Assembly (NCBI GenBank): GCA_963796055.1
Contig: CAWCKH010000003.1
Location: forward strand, 224,001-288,000
Direction of reading: 5' to 3'
Source of the DNA: an uncultured delta proteobacterium
GTDB lineage: Bacteria; Myxococcota; Myxococcia; Myxococcales; Myxococcaceae
DNA length: 64,000 nucleotides
Shown: positions 52,485 through 61,395 of the stretch, piece after piece
Position numbering within the stretch: position 1 is the first letter of the stretch
Layout of the letters: every line of letters starts with the position of its first letter
Program-made: the position numbers and the translations under genes
The notes under the pieces: generated by a model
What the model saw: only the letters and a program-made list of their open reading frames with translations
The model's database searches: none
Told to the model about the DNA's origin: nothing

Positions 52485-53945
52485 ATGCGCCCGTTCCTCC
52501 TCGCAGCCCTCCTGGCCCTCGGGTGCGCGCACCGCCCACGCTCGCCGCCGCTCGACGGCTGGCGCGAGCTCCGCTCCCCGCACTTCCGCCTTCGCACGGA
52601 CCTGCCCGCCGCCGACGCGCGGACCACCATCGAGCGGCTGGAGACGCTCCGGGCCGCGCTCCAGTCGGTGTGGTCCGACGCCGACGCGGCGGACGCCCCC
52701 GGCACCACGCTGGCCATCGTCCTCCGCGACCGGGCAGAGCTGCGGACCTTCACCGAGTGGAGCGGGCTCGCCACCGTCACCCGGCGCGGTCCGCTGCTGA
52801 TCGCCTCGGGTCCGGACGTGGCCTTCGGTGACCTCTCGCCCCACCAGGCGCTCCTCGCGCACGAGGTGGCTCACGGGCTCAACCGGTGGTGGATGCCGGG
52901 GACGCCCCGCTGGTTCGACGAGGGTCTGGCGGCGTACCTCGAATCGGCCGAGCTCATCGATGCCGGGCGGGTCCGGCTCGGGGCCCTGCCGCGCGAGGAC
53001 CTCGAGCAGGCGCGCACCCGGCCACTGCTCCCGCTCGACACGGTGGTGGCGACCGCCTGGGAGATGGCGAGCCCCGGCGAGCTGCTCGAGGTCTACCGCT
53101 CGGCCCGGTTGTGGGTGCACGCCCTGCGCGCCCAGGAGCCCGGGCGCATGCGGACCCTCGAGGCGGCCGTTCACCGTGGCGTGCCCTGGCGGGTAGCCTG
53201 GTCGGACCTCCGCCAGGGCCTGGACACTGCGCCGCTGGAGGACGGGCTCCGGCGCGGGCTGCACGCCGGCGAGCTCCCCACCGAGCTCCGGCGGTTCCCC
53301 GTCCCCCCGTCGGGGGCGAACGAGCGCCCGCTCGCCCCGTGGGAGGTGCACCTCACCCGCGCGGAGCTGTGGGCCGGCGGGGCGACCTCGTTCGATCCCG
53401 AGGAGCGCGACCCCCGGGTTCGCGCCGAGCTCGAGGCCGCGGCCCGGTCCGCACCGGACGAGCCCCTCCCCCGGGTCCTCCTTGCCGAGTTCGAGACCGA
53501 TCCGGACCGCCGGCGTGCGCAGGCGGAGGCGCTGCACCGGGCGTATCCGCGGAGCCCCGACGCGGCGGTGCTGCTCGCCCGGGTCCTCCGCGACGAGGGA
53601 GGCCCGGTCGAGGGACGCCGGACCGCGATGCTCGATGCCGTGGCGCTTGCGCCGGACGACGTGGACGCGCTGACCGCGCACGCGCTGGAGGAGGCCCGGG
53701 TCGGCGAGCTCGCCCGGGCCTTCCAGAGCCTCCGCCGGGCCGAGGCGCTCGCTCCCTGGAACCCGGGCGTGTTCGTCGCCCGTGCCGCCGTCCTCGCCCC
53801 GCTCGGTCACTGTGCCGAGGCGGTGGACGCCGTACAGCGCGCCCTCGACGTGCTCCCCGACGCGGTCTCGCCCGTGGAGGTCGCGAGGCTGGTCGGGGAG
53901 CGCGCCCGGATCCGGGCGAGCTGCCGTTCGACGCAGGCCCCTTGA
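52485..53945 (+). CDS. Lipoprotein with gluzincin-like metallopeptidase motif (DUF1570-like) and TPR-like C-terminus
   Basis: Lipobox LALGC, W.ELRS.HF, AHEVAH and P.WFDEGLA motifs. Confidence 0.8.
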   Translation: MRPFLLAALLALGCAHRPRSPPLDGWRELRSPHFRLRTDLPAADARTTIERLETLRAALQSVWSDADAADAPGTTLAIVLRDRAELRTFTEWSGLATVTRRGPLLIASGPDVAFGDLSPHQALLAHEVAHGLNRWWMPGTPRWFDEGLAAYLESAELIDAGRVRLGALPREDLEQARTRPLLPLDTVVATAWEMASPGELLEVYRSARLWVHALRAQEPGRMRTLEAAVHRGVPWRVAWSDLRQGLDTAPLEDGLRRGLHAGELPTELRRFPVPPSGANERPLAPWEVHLTRAELWAGGATSFDPEERDPRVRAELEAAARSAPDEPLPRVLLAEFETDPDRRRAQAEALHRAYPRSPDAAVLLARVLRDEGGPVEGRRTAMLDAVALAPDDVDALTAHALEEARVGELARAFQSLRRAEALAPWNPGVFVARAAVLAPLGHCAEAVDAVQRALDVLPDAVSPVEVARLVGERARIRASCRSTQAP

Positions 53946-53978
53946 GCGCGGGGGGTGTAGAGTGCCCGGAGGCAACCG

Positions 53979-55658
53979 ATGCGCGCCCTCGCCGACACCG
54001 TCCGTTCCCTGCCCACCGGGGCGGCGCTGCTCGAAGACCCGGTCTGCAACCGCGGCACCGCGTTCACCTCCGAGGAGCGTGCCCGGCTCGGGCTGGACGG
54101 GCTCCTCCCCCCGGCGGTGGAGACCCTCGAGCAGCAGTGTGCGCGGGCGTACGAGGCCTACCGGCGCAAGGCAGACGATCTGGAGAAGCACATCTATCTC
54201 CGGGCGCTCCAGGACACGAACGAGACCCTCTGCTACGCGGTCCTCCGCCGCCACCTGACCGAGATGGTGCCGGTGGTCTACACCCCGGTCGTCGCCCAGG
54301 CCTGTGCCCAGTTCTCGCAGATCTACCGGCGGCCGCGCGGCCTGTTCCTCCCCTACCCGGCGCGCGATCGGCTGGATCTGCTGCTGGAGAACCGACCCCG
54401 CCGCGAGGTGGACGTGGTGGTGGTGACCGACGGAGAGCGGGTGCTGGGCATCGGCGACCAGGGCGCGGGCGGGATGGGCATCTCCATCGGCAAGCTCCAG
54501 CTGTACACCCTCTTCGGCGGCGTCGAGCCTTCGCGGACCTTGCCCGTCCTGCTCGACGCGGGCACCAACAACCCCGAGCGGCTGGCAGAGCCGGACTACC
54601 TCGGCTGGCGGCACGAGCGGGTGAGTGGCGACGCCTACTTCGACTTCGTCGACCGCTTCGTTCAGGCGGTGCGGCGCGTGCTCCCCGGCGTGCTGCTCCA
54701 GTGGGAGGACTTCGCCCGTGACCACGCCGCCCCGCTGCTCGAGCGGTACCGGGACACGCTCTGCACCTTCAACGACGACATCCAGGGGACGGCGTCGGTG
54801 GTGGTGGCCGCGCTCACCGGCGCTTTCAGCGTGACCGGCGCGCGCTTTCGCGACCAGCGCATCGTCATCGTCGGAGCCGGCAGCGCGGGGGTGGGGCTCG
54901 CCGCCTACCTCCTCCAGACGATGCGTGCCGAGGGGCTGTCGGCGGAGGAGGCGCACCGGCGGCTGCTGCTGGTGGACCGCGAGGGGCTCCTCCATGACCG
55001 GATGGCCGGGCTCACCGACGGCCAGCGGTCGTTCGCCCAGCCGTTCGAGGCGGTACAGGTCTTCCACCGCAACGCTGCCGAGGACATCCCGCTCGAGGCG
55101 GTGATGCGGGAGGCCGGAGCCACGGTGCTCCTCGGCGTCTCGGCGCGGGGCGGGCTGTTCAGCGAGGAGGCGGTGCGCGCCATGGCGGCGCGGGTGGAGC
55201 GGCCAATCATCTTCCCCCTCTCCAATCCGCTCGAGCGCTGCGAGGCCACGCCTGCCGACCTCCTCCGCTGGACCGATGGACGGGCGCTCATCGCCACCGG
55301 AAGCCCGTACGCACCGGTCAACCACGGCGGCGTCACCCGCCGCATCGCCCAGTGCAACAACGTCTACATCTTCCCCGCGGTCGGACTGGGAGTGCTCGGC
55401 GTGGGAGCGCGGCGGGTGACCGACGGGATGATGCTCGCCGCGGCGCGCGCGCTCGGAGCCCGCTCGCCTGCCCGGAAGGACCCGGCCGCTCCGCTGCTCC
55501 CTCCCCTCGAAGAGCTCCTGAGCCTCACCCCGGAGATCGCGCTGGCCGTTGCCCGGGAGGCGCAGGACTCGGGGCTGGCCCCGGCCGCCTCGGAGGACGC
55601 GGTCCGCGCGGCCATCGCCGCCCGGTTCTGGACCCCGCTGTACCGCCCGCTCGACTGA
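53979..55658 (+). CDS. maeA: NAD-dependent malic enzyme
   Basis: NRGTAFT.EER, VYTPVV, VTDGERVLGIGDQG, QWEDF, FNDDIQGT, GAGSAG, PLSNP and QCNN motifs. Confidence 0.93.
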   Translation: MRALADTVRSLPTGAALLEDPVCNRGTAFTSEERARLGLDGLLPPAVETLEQQCARAYEAYRRKADDLEKHIYLRALQDTNETLCYAVLRRHLTEMVPVVYTPVVAQACAQFSQIYRRPRGLFLPYPARDRLDLLLENRPRREVDVVVVTDGERVLGIGDQGAGGMGISIGKLQLYTLFGGVEPSRTLPVLLDAGTNNPERLAEPDYLGWRHERVSGDAYFDFVDRFVQAVRRVLPGVLLQWEDFARDHAAPLLERYRDTLCTFNDDIQGTASVVVAALTGAFSVTGARFRDQRIVIVGAGSAGVGLAAYLLQTMRAEGLSAEEAHRRLLLVDREGLLHDRMAGLTDGQRSFAQPFEAVQVFHRNAAEDIPLEAVMREAGATVLLGVSARGGLFSEEAVRAMAARVERPIIFPLSNPLERCEATPADLLRWTDGRALIATGSPYAPVNHGGVTRRIAQCNNVYIFPAVGLGVLGVGARRVTDGMMLAAARALGARSPARKDPAAPLLPPLEELLSLTPEIALAVAREAQDSGLAPAASEDAVRAAIAARFWTPLYRPLD

Positions 55659-55794
55659 CCTTCCAGCGGCAACAGCCGGAAGCCTGCCACCGATAAGTGG
55701 GACCGAGGTACAAGCGGCCCGTGGCGCGCCGGGTTCGCTGCAGTGGCGCCTCGATGTTCGGCATAGGAGCGTTGGCCAGGGAGGTTCGGACCAG

Positions 55795-57255
55795 ATGGCG
55801 CACGGGACGACGACGGAGAAGGCAGGGACGCTGGTGGAAGGTGGGAAGTACCGCATCGAGACCGATTCGATGGGCGCGGTGCAGGTGCCGAACGAGCGGC
55901 TGTGGGGCGCGCAGACCCAGCGCTCGCTGCACCACTTCTCCATCGGCGACGACCGGATGCCCCAGGCGGTCTACCGGGCCTACGGCATCGTGAAGAAGGC
56001 CGCCGCGCGGGTGAACGCCGAGCTGGGCCGGCTGCCGAAGGACAGGGCCGAGCTCATCGACCGCGCGGCCGACGAGGTCATCGCCGGCAAGCACACCGCC
56101 GAGTTCCCGCTCTTCGTCTGGCAGACCGGCTCCGGCACCCAGTCGAACATGAACGTGAACGAGGTCATCGCCAATCGCGCCATCCAGCTCGCCGGCGGCA
56201 CGCTGGGGACGCAGGCGCCGGTGCATCCCAACGACCACGTGAACATGTCCCAGTCGTCGAACGACACCTTCCCCGCGGCGATGCACGTCGCGGTGGTGCT
56301 CGAGCTGGCCAATCACCTCATCCCCAGCATCGAGGCGCTGGTGAAGGTGCTCTGGGCCAGGGCTCGCGAGTGGGCCGACGTGGTGAAGATCGGCCGGACG
56401 CACCTCCAGGACGCGACCCCGCTCACCGTGGGCCAGGAGTGGAGCGGCTACGCCACCCAGATGGAGGACGCGCTGGCCGAGGTGAAGCACGCGATGGAGC
56501 GGCTCTACCCTCTGGCGGCCGGCGGCACCGCGGTGGGCACCGGGATCACCGCGCCACCGGATTTCGGCGAGCGCATTGCCAGGGAGATCGCCCGCCTCAC
56601 CGGCCATCCGTTCGTCACCGCCCGGAACAAGTTCGCCGCCATCGGCTCGCTCGACCCGATGGTGGGCGTCAGCAGCGCGCTGCGCAACCTGGCGGTGCCG
56701 CTGATCAAGATCGCCAACGACGTCCGCTGGCTGGGGTGCGGGCCGCGGGCCGGGATCCACGAGCTGAACCTTCCGGCCAACGAGCCCGGCTCGTCGATCA
56801 TGCCGGGGAAGGTGAACCCCACCCAGGAGGAGGCGGTGGTGATGGTGGGCATCCAGGTGATCGGCAACGACACCGCAGTGGGCTTCGCCGGCTCGCAGGG
56901 CAACTTCGAGCTGAACGCGATGCGGCCGATCATCCTCAAGAACGTGCTGCACTCCTCCACCATCCTCGCCGACGTGTGCGACCGGTGGCGGGAGCACAGC
57001 CTAGAGCAGATCACCCTGGACCGCGCCCGCATCGACCGCTACCTGGGCGAGTCCCTGATGCTGGTGACCGCGCTCAGCCCGGTCATCGGCTACGACAAGG
57101 CGGCGCACATCGCCCACGAGGCGCATCAGAAGGGCATGACCCTCCGGGAGGCGGCGCTCGCCTCGGGGCACGTCACCGCCGAGCAGTTCGACAAGGTGGT
57201 GGTGCCGCGTTCGATGGTGGGCAACCCTCGCCGGGACGTGGGGCTGGAGAAGTAA
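55795..57255 (+). CDS. fumC: Class II fumarate hydratase
   Basis: WGAQTQRS, QTGSGTQSNMN.NEV, SQSSNDTFP, GRTHLQDATP and GSSIMPGKVNPTQ motifs. Confidence 0.96.
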   Translation: MAHGTTTEKAGTLVEGGKYRIETDSMGAVQVPNERLWGAQTQRSLHHFSIGDDRMPQAVYRAYGIVKKAAARVNAELGRLPKDRAELIDRAADEVIAGKHTAEFPLFVWQTGSGTQSNMNVNEVIANRAIQLAGGTLGTQAPVHPNDHVNMSQSSNDTFPAAMHVAVVLELANHLIPSIEALVKVLWARAREWADVVKIGRTHLQDATPLTVGQEWSGYATQMEDALAEVKHAMERLYPLAAGGTAVGTGITAPPDFGERIAREIARLTGHPFVTARNKFAAIGSLDPMVGVSSALRNLAVPLIKIANDVRWLGCGPRAGIHELNLPANEPGSSIMPGKVNPTQEEAVVMVGIQVIGNDTAVGFAGSQGNFELNAMRPIILKNVLHSSTILADVCDRWREHSLEQITLDRARIDRYLGESLMLVTALSPVIGYDKAAHIAHEAHQKGMTLREAALASGHVTAEQFDKVVVPRSMVGNPRRDVGLEK

Positions 57256-57257
57256 GC

Positions 57258-57566
57258 CTACCGGTGCTGCGCGTCGTGCTTCTGCGCGTAGATCCGGCGG
57301 CTCACCCGGTTCTGCTGCCGGTTGATGCTCCGGCGCTCGGCCGGGGTGAGCGTCCCGCCGTTGGCCGCGCGGTCACGGGCAACCTCGTTCTGGATCCGGC
57401 CCTCCTGCCTCTCGAGGCGCCCGGTCTCCCGCGGGGTGAGCTGACCGCTCTCCACGCCCTCGGCGATGCGCTCCTGCTGGCGGTTCTCGCGCCGATCCAC
57501 CTCGGCGGCCACCGCCAGCGAGGACAGCGCGCTCACCACCAGAATCGTCTTGATCATCGTCTTCAC
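57258..57566 (-). CDS. Small secreted helical-repeat protein
   Basis: Signal peptide, then RQQERI.EGV.SG.LT..E..RL and G.LT..ERR repeats, ending S..IY..KH. Start is GTG 57566 or ATG 57557. Confidence 0.85.
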   Translation of the reverse strand: MKTMIKTILVVSALSSLAVAAEVDRRENRQQERIAEGVESGQLTPRETGRLERQEGRIQNEVARDRAANGGTLTPAERRSINRQQNRVSRRIYAQKHDAQHR

Positions 57567-57684
57567 CGGTTCGTCTCCTGACATCGGGCCGGCGTCGTGC
57601 AGTGCCCGCTCGCAGGGTTCGAACCCGGGCCACGCGCGACGGTTGCGGGCGGCCCGGGGTGGTCACCGGTGACCCCTCGGGCGC

Positions 57685-58971
57685 TCAGCGCCCGGGTGGG
57701 ACCACGACCACTCCTTCCTTCATCACGAAGCCGACGTGCTCGGTGGCGGTGATGTCCTTCAGCGGGTCGTCCTTCATCCCCACCAGGTCCGCATACGCGC
57801 CGGGCGCGGTCGTGCCGAGCTCCGACTCCTTGCCCAGGAGCGATGCCGCGACCACCGTCCCCGCGCGCAGCGCCTGCCAGGGCGACATCCCCAGAGCGAC
57901 GTAGCGCTTGAACTCCTCGGCCTGATTCAGCTTGTCCCAGGGGAACCCGCCGGCGTCGGTGCCGAGGGCGATGGGCACGCCCGCGGCCAGCGCGCGCCGG
58001 AATGACTCGTCCGAGGCCTTGGCGATTGCCCCCCAGATGGGGTTGAGCTTGCTCCGGGGAGCGTCGACGTAGGCGATGACGGTCAGCGTCGGCGACAGGA
58101 ACACCTTCTTCTTCGCCATCTGCTTCACCGTCGCTTCGTCGAGGACCTGCCCATGCTCGATGGAGTCGACGCCGGCGGCCAGGGCGATGGCGTGGCCGGT
58201 GGGCGTGATGCTGTGCGCGGCGACCCGCCGGTTGGTCCGGTGCGCCTGGTCCACGATGGCGTTGAGCTCCTCCTGGGTGAAGTTGGGGAGGCTGCGGATC
58301 TGCCCGTCGGGCCGCTTGTAGTAACCACGATCGGCGTAGACCTTGATCCAGTCCGCCCCGTGGGCGATCTGGTCACGCACCGCCTTGCGGCAGGCATCGG
58401 CTCCGTCGCAGAGCTGGACCCCCTTGGGCATGTCCAGCTCCCAGGAGTAGCTGGTGCCCCCGAGCCCGTAGGCACCGGTGGGCGCCAGCGCCTTGGTGGC
58501 CACGAAGAGCCGGGGGCCCACGATGACGCCTCCCGCGACCGCCTTCTTCATGTCCACGTCGGCGAACCCGGAGCCCTCGTTGCCGATGTCCCGGAGCGTG
58601 GTGAACCCGTGCTCGAGCGCGATGCGCATCGCCCGGCTCGCCCGCAGCGCCCGGTAAGGGAGCGACTCCTTGAGGAGCTGCTCGTCGTACTCCACGTCGG
58701 TCGGGTCACCCTGCAGCATCACGTGGGTGTGGGTGTCGATGAAGCCGGGGCAGACCGTCAGCGCCGAGGCATCGACCACCTGCGCACCCGCCGGCACGAC
58801 GTCGCCCACCGACTTGATGCGGCCGTCCTGGATCACCACCACTGCACCGGTGCGCACCTTCTGATTCACCGGATCCAGGAGCCGTCCGGTCCGGACCGCG
58901 ATCACCCCGGGCTGCTGCTGTCCGAGCGCAACGCCGCACAGCAGCGTTGCCACCCACCCCACGATCCGCAT
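57685..58971 (-). CDS. Secreted metal-dependent amidohydrolase (Xaa-Pro dipeptidase-like subgroup)
   Basis: PGFIDTHTH, GFTT.RD.G, GADWIK, VAAH, SIEHG, GTDAG and G.YADLV motifs. Signal peptide. Confidence 0.92.
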   Translation of the reverse strand: MRIVGWVATLLCGVALGQQQPGVIAVRTGRLLDPVNQKVRTGAVVVIQDGRIKSVGDVVPAGAQVVDASALTVCPGFIDTHTHVMLQGDPTDVEYDEQLLKESLPYRALRASRAMRIALEHGFTTLRDIGNEGSGFADVDMKKAVAGGVIVGPRLFVATKALAPTGAYGLGGTSYSWELDMPKGVQLCDGADACRKAVRDQIAHGADWIKVYADRGYYKRPDGQIRSLPNFTQEELNAIVDQAHRTNRRVAAHSITPTGHAIALAAGVDSIEHGQVLDEATVKQMAKKKVFLSPTLTVIAYVDAPRSKLNPIWGAIAKASDESFRRALAAGVPIALGTDAGGFPWDKLNQAEEFKRYVALGMSPWQALRAGTVVAASLLGKESELGTTAPGAYADLVGMKDDPLKDITATEHVGFVMKEGVVVVPPGR

Positions 58972-59059
58972 GTGCCCTCACCTTCCCTGGTCGAGGAAAT
59001 TCCCGGGGAAGAGTGTGGCACGCCGCTCCGCACCAGGGCGCGAGAACCGCGGCGCGGGG

Positions 59060-59743
59060 TCACTCCGGTGTGGCCTGGACGATGAAGCGGCGGGGCGCCG
59101 AGCCCACGAAGTAGAACGGGTAGCAGGTGACCAGCGTGAGCCGGGACTCACGGCTCGGGGCGAGCACCTGGGTGTCGCTCGGGGCCACGATCGAGAACCG
59201 CTGCACGCGGAACCGCCGCACCTCCGCCGGGAGGGCCAGCTCCACCACGTCTCCCTCGGCGATGTCCTTCAGCACCCGGAAGAAGCCGTCACGGTGCCCG
59301 GCGATGCCCACGTTCCCCGCCTCGCCCGGGCGGGAGGTCCCCTCGATGTGGCCCACGGCGCGATCGAGCGTCCATTCGTCGGTGCCAGCGAGCACCGGAA
59401 CCTCGAGCCCGAGCCGCGGGATCCGGAGCAAGGCGAGCGGCGGTGGCGCCGGCCGGGTCAGGGCACGTGCATACGCCCGGATGCGGCCTGCGTCCCAGAG
59501 GCTCTGGTCGACCTCGACCGGCGGAGCCCCTCGGCGGCTGAGCGGCGAGGCCGCCGCCGCCGCTCGGGCAGTCTCGTGGAAGGCGGCGATCGAGCCGCGC
59601 TCGGAGGCCCAGGCCAGGCCGCGGGCCATCGCCCAGGTCCCGCCGAGCACGACCGCCATCGCCCAGGCGACCCGCTCGAGCAGATGAAGCCGGCGACGCC
59701 AGGAGCTTCGGCGGTCCATCTCCATCGTCGCCCCGTGGAACAC
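59060..59743 (-). CDS. Class D sortase
   Basis: N-terminal TM anchor, L.IPRL, GN..IAGHRD.FF, LTLVTCYPF and the catalytic Arg (APRRFIV). Confidence 0.92.
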   Translation of the reverse strand: MFHGATMEMDRRSSWRRRLHLLERVAWAMAVVLGGTWAMARGLAWASERGSIAAFHETARAAAAASPLSRRGAPPVEVDQSLWDAGRIRAYARALTRPAPPPLALLRIPRLGLEVPVLAGTDEWTLDRAVGHIEGTSRPGEAGNVGIAGHRDGFFRVLKDIAEGDVVELALPAEVRRFRVQRFSIVAPSDTQVLAPSRESRLTLVTCYPFYFVGSAPRRFIVQATPE

Positions 59744-59761
59744 CGCCGCTTCCCTGCTTCG

Positions 59762-60466
59762 CTAGCGGAGTACCCGCGCGGCGCGCAAGGTCAGGGCGAT
59801 TCCCCCGCAGACCAGGGCGAGCAAGCCCACCAGAGGCAGCGGGCTGGCGGTCTTGGGCATCGCGGGCGCAGCGGCCACCGTGGTCGACGGCCCGGGCTCG
59901 GCCGGAGCCGATGCGTGGGCGACCACCGAGCGCTGGCTGGTCGTCGTCGGCGGGAGCGTGGTGACGAAGGTGCCGCTGAGCCTCTCGCCCTTCTTCACGG
60001 TGCGGAGCGGGACCTGCTTGCCATCCTTGGCGAAGTAGACGTCGTTCCCGTCGGGGTCCTTGAAGTTGTAGCTCTTGAGCTCGCCCTTCTCGTCCTTCAG
60101 CACGATGCCGCCCGGGGCGACCTGCATCACCGTCCCCTTGGCGACCCGGGTGACGGTCACATTGCGGGTGGTGACCTTGTCGGTGATGACCGCGCCGACC
60201 TGCATGCCCGGCTTGATCTGGTCGACACCGACCGACTTGCCATCCACCTGGAAGGTGAAGCCGTCGGGCAGCGTGTACTCGTGCTCGCCGTCCGCCTCTT
60301 TGAGGACGACCTTGTTTCCCGCCACCGACTCGACGGTGCCCTGCTTCACGGTTTGCTTCACCGACGTGGACTCGGCGCTGGTGGCGGCGCCCGCGGCCTG
60401 GGCGAAGGCAACGGGACTGACCGCGAGCGAGAGCAGGCAAGCTGCGATTCGCGACTGAACTGACAT
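59762..60466 (-). CDS. Sortase substrate with two OB-like repeats and an MPKTA-S sorting signal
   Basis: Signal peptide, two G.V..V....V.LK...DGK.V....K.G..(V/L) repeats, then C-terminal MPKTAS, hydrophobic helix and basic tail RAARVLR. Confidence 0.85.
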   Translation of the reverse strand: MSVQSRIAACLLSLAVSPVAFAQAAGAATSAESTSVKQTVKQGTVESVAGNKVVLKEADGEHEYTLPDGFTFQVDGKSVGVDQIKPGMQVGAVITDKVTTRNVTVTRVAKGTVMQVAPGGIVLKDEKGELKSYNFKDPDGNDVYFAKDGKQVPLRTVKKGERLSGTFVTTLPPTTTSQRSVVAHASAPAEPGPSTTVAAAPAMPKTASPLPLVGLLALVCGGIALTLRAARVLR

Positions 60467-60730
60467 GGACTGGACCCTCCCCTGGACTCGGATGACTTGG
60501 AAAGACCTTCGGAGGCTTACGCCGGCTTGAATCCAGGAGAGATAGCCCTTTTGGAGTGGGTTATGTTTGACCCGCCCATCGGATCAGGCAATCCTGCTGG
60601 GCCGTTCCCTCCGGTGGCTGGCCGCGCCGCGGCCGACAGGTCCGGTACGGCTACGGTTTTCTGCTGGAAACACCCCTCGCCCCTGCGCTGGGCCTGGCCG
60701 CCGTCCACCGGCCCTAGACTCAGAGGGGCG

Positions 60731-61303
60731 ATGACGCGCCTCCGCCAGACGCTCACCGGACTCGGCCTCCTCCTCGTGCTGTCCGGCTGCGACCTCCTCG
60801 ACCCGAACGGCGGGAACGGCGGGGGGCCAAAGCCCTCCGACCCGACGACTGACCTGGCGAGGGTGGCGCTGCAGGCGCACGACCAGGTCCGCAGCAGCGC
60901 CACGCCGGCCCCGAATCCCGCCCTCCCGGCGATGCAGTGGTCGAGCGAGGTCGAGGCCGTCGCTGCCCAGTGGGCTGCGCACTGCGTCTACCAGCACAAC
61001 GCAGGGCGCGGGAACCTCGGGGAGAACATCGCCGCCAGCTCGCCGGGCTACTGGCCCACCATCGCGGAGGTGGTGCAGGCCTGGGCCTCGGAGGCGACGG
61101 ACTACGACTACGCGTCCAACAGCTGCGCCGCCGGGAAGGTGTGCGGGCACTACACGCAGCTCGTCTGGCGGAGCAGCACGTTGCTGGGCTGCGCCTACGC
61201 GCGCTGCACCGAGAACTCGCCCTTCCCCGGCGTGCCCACCTGGGACTTCTGGGTCTGCGACTACAGCCCTCCGGGAAACTGGGTGGGCGAGCGACCGTAC
61301 TGA
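60731..61303 (+). CDS. CAP/PR-1 domain lipoprotein
   Basis: Lipobox LSGC, with H..R, GENIA, CGHYTQLVW and VCDYSPPGN motifs. Confidence 0.93.
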   Translation: MTRLRQTLTGLGLLLVLSGCDLLDPNGGNGGGPKPSDPTTDLARVALQAHDQVRSSATPAPNPALPAMQWSSEVEAVAAQWAAHCVYQHNAGRGNLGENIAASSPGYWPTIAEVVQAWASEATDYDYASNSCAAGKVCGHYTQLVWRSSTLLGCAYARCTENSPFPGVPTWDFWVCDYSPPGNWVGERPY

Positions 61304-61395
61304 CAGCAGGAACCTCACCAGGGCGCGCGCCTTTCCCTGGAAAGCCGCGCCCGCTCGCGTAGCATCGCCGGCCCGCTGAACTGCTGGAGGTCCTG

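Noticed and set aside
50046..55943. Apparent 1965-aa giant PPK1 fusion
   Set aside because: The N-terminal extension is antisense to the lipoprotein and malic enzyme genes. PPK1 homology starts after ATG 52166.
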